Of a stretch of 64,000 bases of DNA, positions 12,665 through 25,565 are shown piece by piece. The stretch comes from Squalus acanthias. Lineage: Eukaryota. Position 1 is the stretch's first letter, and the number at the start of each line of letters is the position of its first letter. The notes under the pieces were generated by a model. That model made no database searches. It was not told where the DNA came from and saw only the letters and a list, made by a program, of their open reading frames with translations. The DNA lies in assembly GCA_030390025.1 (NCBI GenBank), contig CM059425.1, positions 170,254,001 to 170,318,000 of the forward strand, given 5' to 3'. Both the position numbers and the translations under genes were made by a program.

Positions 12665-13513
12665 ATTGAGTGTTAATTACAAACGTATGAAAATTAAGGA
12701 CAGGAAAGGACCAAGTCGTCCATTAAGCCTGTCCCATCAACCCACCAACCTCTCCCAGGAGAAGCAAAAACCGTAGACCATTTTAGGAAAAAACTCTGAG
12801 AAATTCCTCTCTTGTATCACTAGTCCCATTTATCCCACCTACCTTCTATAACTCAGGATGCCTTATACTCGTAGGAATTCATTCAGTTACCTTTTAGAAG
12901 GTCTGAATTCACAGAAAATTAGCATTTTTATTCAGAAGCAAAAATATTTTGAACATTGCTACTGTGAGCTTTAAGTGCATGTGTACAAAATTACTCCTTA
13001 GGCAGTCTAATTAATAACCAATTTCTTCAGCACAAGGGAATTGATTTTTAAGAATCTAACTTCAAATTTAGCATAGTTCATTTTAACATCTCATTTCACA
13101 CGGGTCCCAGTGGGCTCTTTCTTAATCTAAACTTAACTATGTTGCCTACCAATGACATTATTTTCAACTAGAAAGCTGAAGTTTGATCATACTGTAGTGA
13201 TAAACAAGCTAATCAAGGCAGTGCTGGTACAGAGCTGCAGCTTAAGTGGAAGTAAATTAATTTATGCTTTTGAATTACATCAAATAAAATTATAACAGTT
13301 AGTCTTTGCAAAGCCATGCTTTAATTAATGTTTTGTCAGATCATCCATCTTTTGTGCCCTCCGCGTTTATTCTAACTTGTTTACATTCTCCATTGCTCCT
13401 CCTCCTTCCTATAATCACCATTGCCTTTACTCAACACATTGGCTGTTAAAGTCTATTAATCTGCAAATTCAACAAAACCACTCCTTTACTATTACTCAGG
13501 CTTCACTCTGACA

Positions 13514-14003
13514 TTTTTATTCATTCATGGGATGTGGGCGTTGCTGACAAGGCCAGCATTTATTGCCCATCCCTAATTGCCCTTGAGAAGGTGGTGGTAA
13601 GCTGACTTCTTGAACCGCTGCAGTTTGTGAGGTGAAGGTACTCCCACAGTGCTGTTAGGGAGGGAGTTCGAATCTGGTGCCGAGGTCGATGCTGAGTGGT
13701 CCGTCCGGTTTTATCCTATTGTTTTTCCTAGCAGTTTGATACAATTGAGTGGTTTGCTCGGCCGTTTCAGAGGGCAGTTAAGAGTCAACCACATTGCTGT
13801 GGGTCTGGAGTCACATATAGGGCAGACCAGGTAAGGGCAACAGATTTCCTTCCCTAAAGGGCATTAGTGAACCGGATGAGTTTTTATGACAATCCAGTAG
13901 TTTCATGGTCACCATTACTGATACTAGCTTTTTATTCCAGATTTATTTAATTAACTGAATTTAAATTCCACAGCTGCCGTGTTGGGATTTGAACTCGTGT
14001 CTC
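13514..14003 (-). mobile_element. SINE-like element: B-box-like head plus 3' tail shared with the LINE family at 26505-27886
   Basis: Minus strand begins ...GAGTTCAAATCCC (B-box-like). 13514-13669 is the reverse complement of the LINE 3' end (GGGATGGGCAATAAATGCTGGCC...CCCACATCCC). Confidence 0.7.
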
Positions 14004-14135
14004 ATTAGAAGAATCAAAAGATTAAAGTTTATTTATACAACCGATGTACTACTGTAATATTCCTTTGTAATATGTATTATAAACATTTGACTGTTACCCT
14101 ACCATTCTATGCAGCGAAATGCTTCGAAAGATACT

Positions 14136-15662
14136 GGCCCGTATTTTCCGATCCCTACGGGTGTGTACGAGCTGTGTTCTCACCCGTAGGGACCTCGCAA
14201 ATGCCGGTTTCAGGCGAAGTGCATGCGCTGAAAACCGGCATTTCCATACGGCCAAGAATCCTCTTGACAGATCGGACGCCTGCCCTGGAGAAGGGCCTCT
14301 GCGGGTGGAGAGTTCCACTTTCTGCAGAACCTCCGCCTGCTGAAAACCCTTAAAAATCTTACGCCTGGTAAAAACAGGCGTAAGGCCTGCTTTTACCAGC
14401 ATAAGGGGGAAAAATTTGGTTGCTTTGCGCCTCCCGTTAGCGCCCTAAGCTAACGGGGAGCAAAGCAGCTAACACCCGGGCGCGACAATGTTAGCGCCGC
14501 TCGCAAAATTGACCAGTCATTTTGCGGCGGCACTAAACACTACCGCCACGATCTCCTGCGCCCGCAGATCGTGACGTCAGTCTAGCGTGCAACACCCCGG
14601 TAGCACCCCAGACCAGATATTGAGTCGCGCCCCCTGTCTTAACGCCTGCCGCTAGGAACGACAGGTAGAGAGGAACGTTTTCAAGTCGGGAAGGGGCTGG
14701 GGGAGCACTATTTAAAGGCGGACGCTTCCTGCCTTTTCTTGTCGGCAAAATTTTTGGTTTTAACACTGTCCTAAGGAGTTTTGGCCCTTAGCACCACTTT
14801 TGAGGTTCCTAAGTGCCGAGCTCTTTCCGTGGGCCTATCCATTACTGCTTCCAACACAATTGCTTTTGAGGTCTCTCCAGGCCGAGATTCAAGTCTGCAA
14901 TGAGCAGGGAGTGGCTGGCCAGCAAGATGGCCCCTCCCCTTTAAGAACTGGACGGCGCCAGTCTGTCTGGCTTCCATGGTAATTGGCATCGCCTGAGCTT
15001 CGGTAGCGTTCTGAGGTAGTGCCTCGCTCCCTGGCATTTGCACCTTAAGAGAGGTGGGTAGCACCTGATTTAATGCTCAAATCACCTCCAGGGGCGATAG
15101 AGGCGAATTTTGCAGTCGGAGGCGATAATTAGCGCCGGGCGCTAAACTTTGCGCCCGGCCGATATTAGCGCCCCAAAATGGGCGATACCGAATTTTTCCC
15201 ACTCAGAGTTTAAAAAAGTTATTAAAAAAAATTTCACTCATTTATAATTTAAAAATACTTTTAAAAAAGGTAAGTTTATTTTTAGCCCTGTAAAATAATT
15301 TTGTTTAAAATATTTAATTTAATGTAATTTTAACTAATTTTAAAAACGTGATTTAAAAAAAAAATTATTTAATGTTTTGATGTGTTATTTCCGTAATCCC
15401 CATTCATACTTTTGACATGTCTAAGCTGTCAAAAGTATGAAGGGAGATTCCCTTCTCCCATTGGTTCCCCATGGCCCACGTGATCCCAGGGACGCTTGCG
15501 AACCACATGTGCCACTGGGATATGTGGGCCCTGCGAATTTCGTCGTGGAGAGGCCCAGGATCGGAAATGGCCGGATTTCCGGAGCCCTCAGATAAGGGCG
15601 TAGATTTTTTCCAGGTCGGAGGCCTCCGCATGCAGGAAGCCTCCGATCGGAAAATACGGGCC
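14136..15662 (+). mobile_element. Harbinger-type MITE family B, copy 1, with a nested MITE
   Basis: Perfect 18-bp TIR GGCCCGTATTTTCCGATC; TSD ACT on both sides; reverse homolog of 24007-24673. Confidence 0.92.
14405..15202. mobile_element. Nested Harbinger-type MITE
   Basis: TIRs GGGGGAAAAATT / AATTTTTCCCAC; flanks TAA / TCA; absent from family B copy 2, which shows the empty site. Confidence 0.8.
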
Positions 15663-16879
15663 ACTGTATAATTAATATAAGCATCTCCAACATATCAATA
15701 AACTCACACCAACTTCCTCTGCCTTCCCAGTTCAGTCCAAAGACAATGATAGCCCACAGGAAATGTTAGTGGAATTCTCTAAACTGCCTAGTGACAAAAG
15801 GGACTATTTTTTAGTGCAACTTTTCACCAACTTTGTGCCATTTGGGAAACAGTTATGAAAAACTGTCTAAATACTTCAATGCTCACTTGCATTTTCTAAT
15901 ACAGGCGTAATGCAATCTTATAATAGTTTCTGTCTGTGGTCTAACCAGTTGATCTAATTATTGGGTGCAGATCCATTACATTTTCTGACATTATTAAACC
16001 TATAAATAATACTAAGGCTATGGCTACATACCACAGACAGACTTGGGTGTTTACTTTGTACAGTAGACAGAATTTCCAATGTACGGTGTGTATTATTACT
16101 GATGCAAGATGATGCATATAATGTAAATTAATTCTAGCAATAATGATTCCTAGTCAGAAGCTACATTATGTAATGAAAGTATTCAAATTTTTATAGTGTT
16201 CGGAAGTGAATGTTAACATTCGCAAAATTTGTGCCTAAAGATCAAAGCACGCTTAAAGACGGCAAGATGATTATAATGAATGCATCCATGAAAGCAGGAC
16301 CCAGAGGAGCAATAGGCTAAATGGGGACCATGTGTGGCAGACTCTTCTAGAACTTGACACATCGGGAGGGAAATGACCATCCTGCTGCTAATTTCTAAAC
16401 TGTATGTTGAATCAGAATGAAAGATGTGGCGGAGGAAATAAGACACAAAAATCATAAAAAAGCACTGGCCCTGATTTTGATGTTTTTCTGTCCCAAAATC
16501 AGTCTCCCCAAGTTTCCTAACATGATTTGGCCCTTCCTGCGATCCATCCGTTGAATCACGAATGAACTCATGATAAGATACAGGGGTAGAAGTTCGTCTT
16601 CATTGAGATCAATGGGATGAAAATCCAGCAGATTCTATAAAGGGCTGGTAATTCTGTCCGTTAGGTTACCACCCAGGTAAATTGATCCCATGGTAAAAAC
16701 AGATTATTTGGTTGACATGGTCTAGCCAAATCTGGTGATGGGTGACTAAACCAGTTGTGCATCAAATATGCTCAAGTCTGCACCTCTTGGACTTGAGGAA
16801 GCAAAGATGGGGGCCATACGAGGGGATCAACTAAGATGGGAGTGAATACATTTTTTGCAGGGAACAAAGTGGTGGTGAG

Positions 16880-17430
16880 GGAGTGGTTAAGAAAATCAAA
16901 AACTGCAAAAGTGGCATGGCAAATAGAGGGCCAAAAGCTAGTCAGTTAGGAATTTGAAAGTGTAGTTGTAAATGACTTGTGGGTTGGATTGGATGCGGAA
17001 AGAAATAAGGCTGAAAAATGGTAGTGGGACGTCAGGGCTACAAGGAACTGGTCAGAAATGGCCTTTCCAGTGATCGATACCATGTGAGGCCACGGAAAAT
17101 GGCACAGTTGTAGGGGTGGCCATGAATATGGGTAGGAGAAGGTGAGGTGCTCAAAGGAGGAGAAGGTACCAGAGGAGCAGGGAAAGAGACCAAGATTGGC
17201 TTGTTGATATGGGCCACATCTCCACCATGGCAGTTTGGGCGAGGCATGTGGTGGAATATAGTCAAGCAGGGAGGCTTCAGTAAGGGCAAGGTGTTGTCAC
17301 CCATAAGCCAAGTGTCAGTCAAAGCCAGGATGTCAATGTAATCATCCACAATAAGGTTGTGGATGGCAAGGGCTTTGTGCAGTGAATGGGCATTCTGGAG
17401 CGAAATGCACAGTGGATTAGCTATCACAAG
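16880..17430 (-). mobile_element. Degenerate L2 fragment (endonuclease region)
   Basis: ORF 17038-17427: ISLQNAHSL.KAL.I..LIVD..IDILALTDTWL, an APE-endonuclease N-terminus typical of L2. Confidence 0.75.
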
Positions 17431-18696
17431 TTAGTAAAGCACATCATTCACAGAATTCTCCACAGGGTGTCACTCAGAGTGGAGGTGGGCACTTTAATCT
17501 AAAGCTAATTGAAAAGAACTTAGTGTGAACCCTATATCTCTGCAACCCAGAGTTCCTGGCCTGAGAGAGGGCTCTGAATTATCATTATTATGAAATCTCT
17601 TAATTAAACTATGATTGTCATCTAAGTCTTAAGTGCTAGTGGGGAAAGGAGAGGAATAATGAAGAATGAAAAATGTTATCCCAGCAATGTCATCATGCAA
17701 CAACCCACATGTATCACTTATCATTCTGATGTCACGTTTCTCACTCAATCAACAGGGTAAACATTTGTCTTGGATGATCGTGTAGAATTGGTGAAGGCGA
17801 ATTGGCTTCCCCTTTTACACTTGGTCCCATTCAATGTCAAAGGAAAAGAAAATCGGGCTTAGAGTCAAATGGCTGATTTGCTTTGACCCGTTTTGCACGA
17901 CAGCCCAAGACGCATTTCTACACCGTGCTTCAGATACTAAACTGGACAAATATCCCTGGTCGATAAAATCCAGCAGCAACAAAGAACTGCTGGAAACTCT
18001 TTGATCTCATTGTAATATTGATACTAATGGAACCATGTGAAAAGGATCCTCCATTTGTTGCATGTGCTTATTATATTTAAATTATTCTTTTTTACTCAAG
18101 TGTAAGCTATGAGGCAGTTACTTAAGCCACAAAACATAGTATTAAAGTCATTCTGTAAAAATCCCATGAAGAATAGTGCATGCCTCCACAAAACTGAGAT
18201 TGGCTGCATAAAGAGAGTACTGTAGAATGGCTGTGTTTTGTAGGAACAGAAAGTACAATCCTCAACTGTATGGTTTTTCATGATGGAATAAATATGTTAT
18301 GAATAAACAACTCCACACAAGTGCCTTTTTACTGAAACAGGAAGATAGTTGCGCCTCCATTTCCTGCAATGAAAGAAGAATCTCATTCACTTATAGACCA
18401 TTTTATATTCAAATAATACAATGCTTTACAAGCTTTGCAGCAGCTGAAATATGAATCTTTCAAGGGAAATTCATTCTGGAAATATATTAGACTTGTCAAA
18501 TGTTATTAGATTTCATAGAGATTTTGTGTTTATTGAGTCAGAGATGAACAATTACTAACCAAAGGCTTTGCTATGTGCATACGACAGAGTAACAATTCTT
18601 TCTAAAGTACCTTACATTTGGACAAGATGTCAGCTTACATCTCTTCCAATAATTTGAGGGAATGAAGCAGTATTCTTCTTTGGTTAGATGGGAAAC

Positions 18697-18818
18697 TATT
18701 CCAGTTCTGACGAAGGGTCATCGACCTGAAATGTTAATTCTGTTTCTCTCTCCACAGATGCTGCCTGACCTGCTGAGTATTTCTAGCATTTTCTGTTTTT
18801 ATTTCAGATTTCCAGCAT
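18697..18818 (+). mobile_element. Solo Penelope family 1 terminus with hammerhead (18703-18739)
   Basis: AGTT-CTGACGA-A-GGGTC-atc-GACCT-GAAA-TG-TT-AATT, followed by the same downstream sequence as 859-940. Confidence 0.8.
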
Positions 18819-19189
18819 AACATTGGATTGGTTCCTTTCAGCTCTAAAGACAATGAAAAAGTAAAGGTGATTGCAATGTACTGAATAAATACCTTTGCCC
18901 TCCTCATATTTCCTTATACTCCCCCCTCCTTTTAAAGTCCCCATCACCTCTCAAAATTGCTATTGTTGTAAAGGTTTATATCAGCCAGAATTCAGTATTA
19001 ATGGCCAGCAGTTTGTCATTTGTGTGCCTGTCTGGAAATTACTTCAGCACTTTGGAGCTTTCAGTGCATTACAAAACCAATACTGCCTGATAGCCTTGTG
19101 CTTGTTAATTCCTGGTTTTTTTCCAATGGGGGAATCAATGAAATTCCAAACATCACACATTGCACCTGCAATGTACTAATTCCACCCAT

Positions 19190-20340
19190 ATAAAGTGAAT
19201 ATTACAGCTGAGGCAGGCTCAGATGTATCAAGAATGAGATGGGAACTGCATCAGATTCACAAAGGAAAGTTCATTACAACGGGGTCTGCTTTCAGTTCTC
19301 CCCTGTCACTTTACTTAGCAGAGAAACAGAGAAGAGCTGCCAGAAATATCATGTGGCACCAAAGGAGTACTGTCTGGACTAATTGCTATGACACCCATCA
19401 CATCTATCAATTCAATCACAGCTACCTGGCAATGACTGAAGAGAATTACCTCCAGAGGTTCAGGTTTATCAGGGATACAGTTATAGAGCTGTGCCATATA
19501 ACTTCAGTAAGATCTGCAGACTACCTCAAGCACAGGGACAGTATTGCCAGTGGCCATCGAGGTGACCATGGTTCTCAATTTTTACATCTCCAGTGTCTTC
19601 CAGGTTGGTGCAGGGGATATGAGCAGCATCAACCAATTTGCTGTTCACTGTTGCATCAAACAGGTAACTGAGGCTTTCATTCAGGAGAACCAACACCTTC
19701 ACATTTCTTCTCGCACTGAACAGGAACAGCAGCTGTCCAATTCCACCAGAGTGGTGGCTTTCCGAAAGTACAGACACTGATTGGTGGTCATCCACATGAA
19801 CAGAAAAAGCTTCTACCCAATCAAAGTTTAGCTGATCAGTGATCACCAATGCTGCTCTAGGCAAGTCACTGCCTGTTTCTAGATGGCACCAGGCTTATTT
19901 GATGTGGAAGGGAGACTGAAGATTGGTTTCCCCAAAACAAAGACTTCCCTTTTCAATCTTGGCTAATAATCACTGTAAGGACGTTTTATTCCAGCACAGG
20001 CTGAATGGCCTCCTTCTGTGCTGTATGATTCTAGTACCCTTGGTGAACCCACAGACAGAGGCAAAACACAGATACAGTGAGGCCCATGTGATCACCAGAG
20101 CCATTACTGAGCAGTCTATTGGGATCTTGATGCAGTAGATACCTTGTAGGGTCTATACCTTCCCAGGGTCTATAAGATCATTATCATCTGCTGTAATGCT
20201 CCATAACTTTGCTGTAAAAGGGATCTAAACCATGGAGAAGCTGGAGAATAATTCAGAATCAAGAGTAGAGCAGGAAGTAGACACTGGCTATGAGGATGTA
20301 GCTCCTGAAATAACGGGAGGAATTTTAACCCCTCGCCACC
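19190..20340 (+). pseudogene. Degenerate Harbinger (HARBI1-like) DDE transposase
   Basis: Fragments RFRFIRDTVIELC, LPVAIEVTMVLNFY..FQ..GD..INQFAVHCCIKQVTEA and PQTEA..RYSEAHVITRA.TEQSIG match the transposases at 37401-38583 and 50005-51128. Confidence 0.8.
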
Positions 20341-20499
20341 CACCCCCACTAATTTAGCAAAGACATTAACCTGTTTTAATACAAGGCATTAACCCATTTA
20401 TTTATATGATGGAGGAAGGAATATCAGACAATGCCATTAAACATTCATATGTATGGTGTAATTTCAGGGCCAATATTTGCTAATCTCTAAATTTCCAAA

Positions 20500-21150
20500 G
20501 ACACATTTTGTGTCAAATTAGTCATGGTGTCATCACTGTAAGGACATTTTATTTTAAAGTTAGCTGATTTATGACATTGTAAATGTTAGGCGTCATTGTA
20601 ATTGAATGACACTGTAAATCAGCCAACTTTCCCAGATGTTCACATAGGCATTTTCAGAAATACATTGGTAGCAATTGACAATAAGAACATTGTAGGTGAT
20701 ATTGTCAGATCTGTAGACCTCCCTAATCTTTTTAACCACAAATCTGACAGCAGCAGATTTAATTATAATACCCATTTGTTTCAAATGCCAAAATATGAAA
20801 CTCGGTGTGATTTGTGGGCACAATATATTGTTTGACAGGCAATAAAAACTGCAAAATGTGTTTGGTTGCCTGCCAAATAAAACTAATAGTGACTGGTACT
20901 TTCATTTACTATGTTTCTTATGATAGTGACAGCACTGCTGTTTGAACAACATCATCAACATTTGGAACTCATATAGACCTCAAGTTTTGGATTCTAATGT
21001 TGCACTGTATTGATGAAAAACAATTGAACTTTTTCACTCTGTCAGCATATTCAAATTGCTAAATGTCAGTATAATTTTTTTCTCATTTCAATGAGCTATT
21101 TTGGTGAAAATTCTGTCTATTATTTTGACATTTTCTTAATTTGTCAGCAC
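20500..21150. promoter_or_regulatory. Candidate conserved developmental enhancer (TALE/Meis and Pbx-Hox motif cluster)
   Basis: Repeat-free AT-rich island with 13 TGACA/TGTCA sites plus TGATTTAT (20565) and GTAAATCA (20614). Confidence 0.45.
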
Positions 21151-21394
21151 TGTGAGTTGGATTTTCACAGAGGTGCTAGTAGTAGCTTTCCTGCTGCCAA
21201 TTCCAGCAGAGAACTCCACTCCTGCTTGATTTCTAAAATCTCTGCTGCAGCCAGTGACGATCAAGTTTAAATATGTCATTGCTTTACCTGACTGAATGCC
21301 TGACTTGTGGGAGGAGCCATTTTCTCAGCTATTGCGGGTGGAGTGGAAAGTGTGAAAAGTTCACACAAGTACTAAGGGTAAGTAAGAGGTAAGT

Positions 21395-23470
21395 GTTTGT
21401 TATTTCAGTTGCCTCCCCATCTCTCTTGAAGTTGCTGAATCATTCCACCGATGCCAGCCCCCATCTGGTACCTCTCCAAATTTGCCACTTTTATACCTGA
21501 GCCCAGACAGTGAATATTGACAGGCTGATTGACAGTGAGGGACATCACAACCAAATCTGATCCTGTTCTCGTGAGATTGCAAGATGATTACGGATGGAGG
21601 AAGCCCAACGTGATCCATCCATCGAGAGAATCCACTTGTTTTTAACTGGTTACAGGACTTTTGTGACCAGTAATCTATCTGGAAGTTTGTTCCACAAGTG
21701 ATCACTCTTTATGTGGCGAAGAATTTCCAGATATCAGTTCTAAAAGTATCCTTCTCTAGTTTGAACCTGTGTCCCCTAGTTCAATTCCTGCAGTTTAATT
21801 TAAAGTAATATTCTGGGTTAAAATTTCCTATATCCTTACCTATCTTATATACCTCTATAAGATCATCTCTCAGTCACCTCCTTTCCAGTTTGAAAAGCCC
21901 AATTTTCCCCAGTATTTCCTCATAACTCAGTCCCCTGACACAGGGGATCAGACTATGGCTCTTCTCTTCACTGACTCCAGTGCTTGAACGTCTCTTCTGT
22001 TTCATGGTACACTGGATGCATTATTCAAGATGGGGTCTGGCTAGATTATAACGTTTGATCTCCTCTGATTTATATTCTTTTTTGAATTCGTCCCTGGGAT
22101 GTGGGCATTGCTGGCAAGGCCAGCATTTATGGCCCATCTCTAATTGCCCTTGAGACGGTGGTGGTGAGCCGTCTTCTTGAACTGCTGCAGTCCGTGTGGT
22201 GAAGGTACTCCCACAGTGCTGTTAGGGAGGGAGTTCTAGGATTTTGGCCCAGTGACGATGAAGGGACGGCGATATATTTCTAAGTCAGGATGGTGTGTGA
22301 CTTTGAGGGGAACTTGGAGGTGGTGGTCTTCCCATGTGCCTGCTGCTCTTGCCCTTTTAGGTGGAAGAGGTCGCGGCTTTGGGAGGTGCTGTCGAAGAAG
22401 CCTTGGCAAGTTGCTGCAGTGCATCTTGTAGATGGTACACAGTGCAGACATGGTGCGCCGGTGGTGGAGGGAGTGAATGTTTAAGGTGGTGGATGGGGTG
22501 CCAATCAAGCGGGCTGCTTTGTCCTGGATGGTGTCGAGCTTCTTGAGTGTTGTTGGAGCTGCACTCATCCAGGCAAGTGGAGAGTATTGCATCACACTCC
22601 TGACTTGTGCCTTGTAGATAGTGTAAAGGCTTTGGGGAGTCAGGAGCTGAGACACTCGCCACAGAATACCCAGCCTCTGACTTGCTCTTGCAGCCACAGT
22701 ATTTATGTGGCTGGTCCAGTTAAGTTTCTGCTCAATGGTAACCCCTACCCCCCCCATGATGTTGATGGTGGGGGATTGAGCAATGACAATGCCGTTGAAT
22801 GTCAAAGGGTGGTGGTTAGACTCTTGCTTGTTGGAGATAGTCATTGCCTGGCACTTGTGTGACGTGAATGTTACCTGCCACTTATCACCCCAAGCCTGAA
22901 TACCATCTTGCTGCATGCGGGCATAGTCTGCTTTATTTCTGATGTTTCGGCTATGTAGTTCAACATTCTATTGGCTTTGTCGACTGCTGATCTCTATTGG
23001 TTGGACATGCTTAGCGTAGTCATTCATGGAGTGTGTGTGTCATCTATTTTTCCTTCCAATGCATAGCACTTTACTTCTGTCTGAATTAAATTTCATCTGC
23101 CCATTGTTCTGCTAATTAACATATCTGCAGTTTTTTAGCTGCATCTTCTGATTCTACTGCTCCTCCTGGTTTAGTATCATCTGCAAAATTGACCACTTTG
23201 CTTTGAGTTTCTAAATCCAGGTCACTTATATAAATTTGAAAGTGATGATCCCAACACTGAGCCCTGGGCCACTTTCCAAAAGGATAATGATTAGGAACAG
23301 GAGCCCCAGCTAATTTTCCCCTTTTCCTAATTCAGTGGCACTGAGGCCAATTGTATCACTCCTACAACTGCCTGAGCTGAGATCAGCTAACTCACCACAG
23401 ACCAGAAACAAAATTGGGAACCTTCCTGGTCTGTACGACTTGGTACCATCCTGAACAAATCACTAAACTG
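21395..23470 (-). mobile_element. Three-level nest: Deu-type SINE (21395-21570 and 23270-23470) interrupted by an old CR1 (~21572-23268), itself interrupted by a LINE (22078-22925)
   Basis: The two SINE halves align in reverse with the contiguous copy at 47610-47830. The CR1 begins at PQGSVLG (23268) and ends near 21575. The Deu assignment is from recall of AmnSINE/SacSINE core sequence. Confidence 0.6.
22078..22925 (-). mobile_element. CR1/Jockey-group LINE 3' fragment (same family as 26505-27886)
   Basis: ORF 22236-22916 (KWQVTF..KCQAMTIS, YKAQVRS..YSPLAW, LDTIQDKAARLI) and a matching 3' UTR. Confidence 0.9.
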
Positions 23471-24006
23471 CCCACCATCCTAAGAGCATAAGAAATAAAA
23501 TCAAGGACAAGAGAAGACCATTCAACCCATTGATGCTCCCCCATCTACTACTTTAACTCACCCTGCCTCACAATTTCAGCTGGTCGTGGAAAGCGTTATA
23601 TAAATGCAAGACTTTCTTTCTTTATCTCTTACATTCCTTATAAGTCTTGCTATCTCACATACCCAAGATGTACTCATATAATTATGAATAAAAACAGCAA
23701 TTTCTTTTTAAAAGGCTGTCATCATACTAATCACTCCAACTCTATACAATTAATATAAACCATGTTGTTACTATTTATTCTAACAAACCATCTGAATTCG
23801 TGTACCACGCACGGATTATTTAGACTCAACGTTTCTTTGAAAATGTAGCCGAGCATATTCAGCATTCATATTACTTTGTTAAATCCCAAGCTATTTTTCT
23901 ATATTCCACACAGTATTTGATGTAATACAGCTTTTCATGATAATATCTTACCCAGCCAAATATACTACAAAATGATTTGAGTGAAAATGTGCTTCGGCTA
24001 CACAAT

Positions 24007-24673
24007 GGCCCGTAATTTCCGATAGGAGGCTTCCTGCGTGCGGATGCCTCCTGTCGGAAAAAAATCTACGCCCTTACCTGAGGGCTCCCGAGGTCTGGAC
24101 ACTTCCACTCCTGGGCCTCTCCACAGTCGAACTGCGCAGAGCCCACATATCCCAGGGGCACATGCGGCTCACGTGGGCCAGGCCAGCCAATAGGAGAAGG
24201 GAATCTCCCTTCATACTTTTGACAGATAGACCTGTCAAATATATGAATGGAGATCACCCCAAAAACACATCAAAACATTAAATAAATTTTTAAAAAACCA
24301 TCACATTGAAAAAAATAATTGAAGTTTTTTACGGGGCTAAAAATAAACTTACCTTTTTTAAATTATAAATGAGTGAAAACATTTTTTTTAAAACTTTTTT
24401 CCAACTCATATGCTGGTAAAAGCAAGCCTTATGCCTGCTTTTACCAGGCATAAGATTTCTAAGGGTTTTCTGCGGGCTGAGGTTCTCCAGAAAGCGGAAC
24501 TATCCGCCCGCAGAGGCCCTTCTCCAGGGCAGGCGTCTGATCTGTCAAGAGGATTCTTGACAGATCGGAAATGCCGGTTTTCAGTGCATGCACTTCTGAA
24601 ACTGGCATTTCCGATGTCCCTACGGGTGTGTACACAGCACGTACACACCCGTAGGCATCGGAAAATACGGGCC
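24007..24673 (-). mobile_element. Harbinger-type MITE family B, copy 2
   Basis: TIR GGCCCGTAATTTCCGAT / ATCGGAAAATACGGGCC; flanks AAT / ATT; collinear with 14136-15662 minus the nested insert. Confidence 0.9.
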
Positions 24674-24829
24674 ATTATCTTGTTTAATATCGCCTGTCAA
24701 ATTGAAAGATTCAGGATTTGATTTTGCATCAGAACCCTAAAAATCGGGCGTTTTCGAAGTTGAAGCTGAACGTGCAATCCAAATGCAGCTCATTGGCAGC
24801 ATTCCAATGCACCCCATAGAAAAGCTGAA

Positions 24830-25172
24830 CAACAACAACTTGCATTTATAAAACACCTTTAATGTAGTAAAACATCTCAAGGCACTTCACAGGAACGTAA
24901 TCAGTCAAAAATTCAGGATGCGTGACTAACAGCTTGGCCAAAGAAGCAGATTTTAAGAAGCATCTTAAAGGCAGAGAGAGAGGGAGAGAGGCAGAGAGGT
25001 TTAGGGCGGGAATTCCAAAGCTTGAGGCCTAGACAGCAATTGTAGGGTAAAGGAAGTAAAGGATGCACAAGAGGCCAGAGCTGGAGGAACGCAGAGTTCT
25101 CGGAGGGTTGTAGGCCTGGAGGAGGTTACAGAGTTGGGATGGTCGAGGCCATGGAGGGATTTTAACATGAAG
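24830..25172 (-). mobile_element. L2 3' fragment
   Basis: Reverse complement of the L2 3' end seen at 7020-7380 (ACAACAACAACTTGCATTTATA). Confidence 0.8.
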
Positions 25173-25565
25173 ACAATATCACACAGAATGCAGATGGATA
25201 ATCAACATAAGATCATAAGAAATCAGATGTAGACTGGCGTTACATCACTAGGGATCAGACTCTGACACCCCACTATATCATTAGGAAATATGGATGGACA
25301 TTCATCTCTACGTTGACAGATATCATCCTGGACAGATCGCTTGTGTGAACCATTTGGAAAATGGATGCATTCTCACTACTCACCCTCCAAAAATCAAACA
25401 TCACACTGACCATCAATTATCAAATTCCCCCACCAGACCATCAGGATTCCTCACATAATTTTGTGTTATAATGCACCAAGAACAAAGCCGATTAAGTATG
25501 AGATTATCTAATCAAGGTGGTCTCAAACCCCTTGTCCAAATTCACTTTGGACGACTTCACATCCG

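Noticed and set aside
13975..14003. B-box (GTTCAAATCC) as a tRNA gene
   Set aside because: No A-box or cloverleaf present; it is a SINE head fragment.
20593..20835. Short ORFs on both strands (77 aa + and 76 aa -) in unique sequence as a possible host exon
   Set aside because: No recognisable domain and no convincing paired splice sites; better explained as a non-coding motif-rich island.
25180..25565. Possible L1-like remnant (GGL.P-like motif)
   Set aside because: Too degenerate to support by eye.
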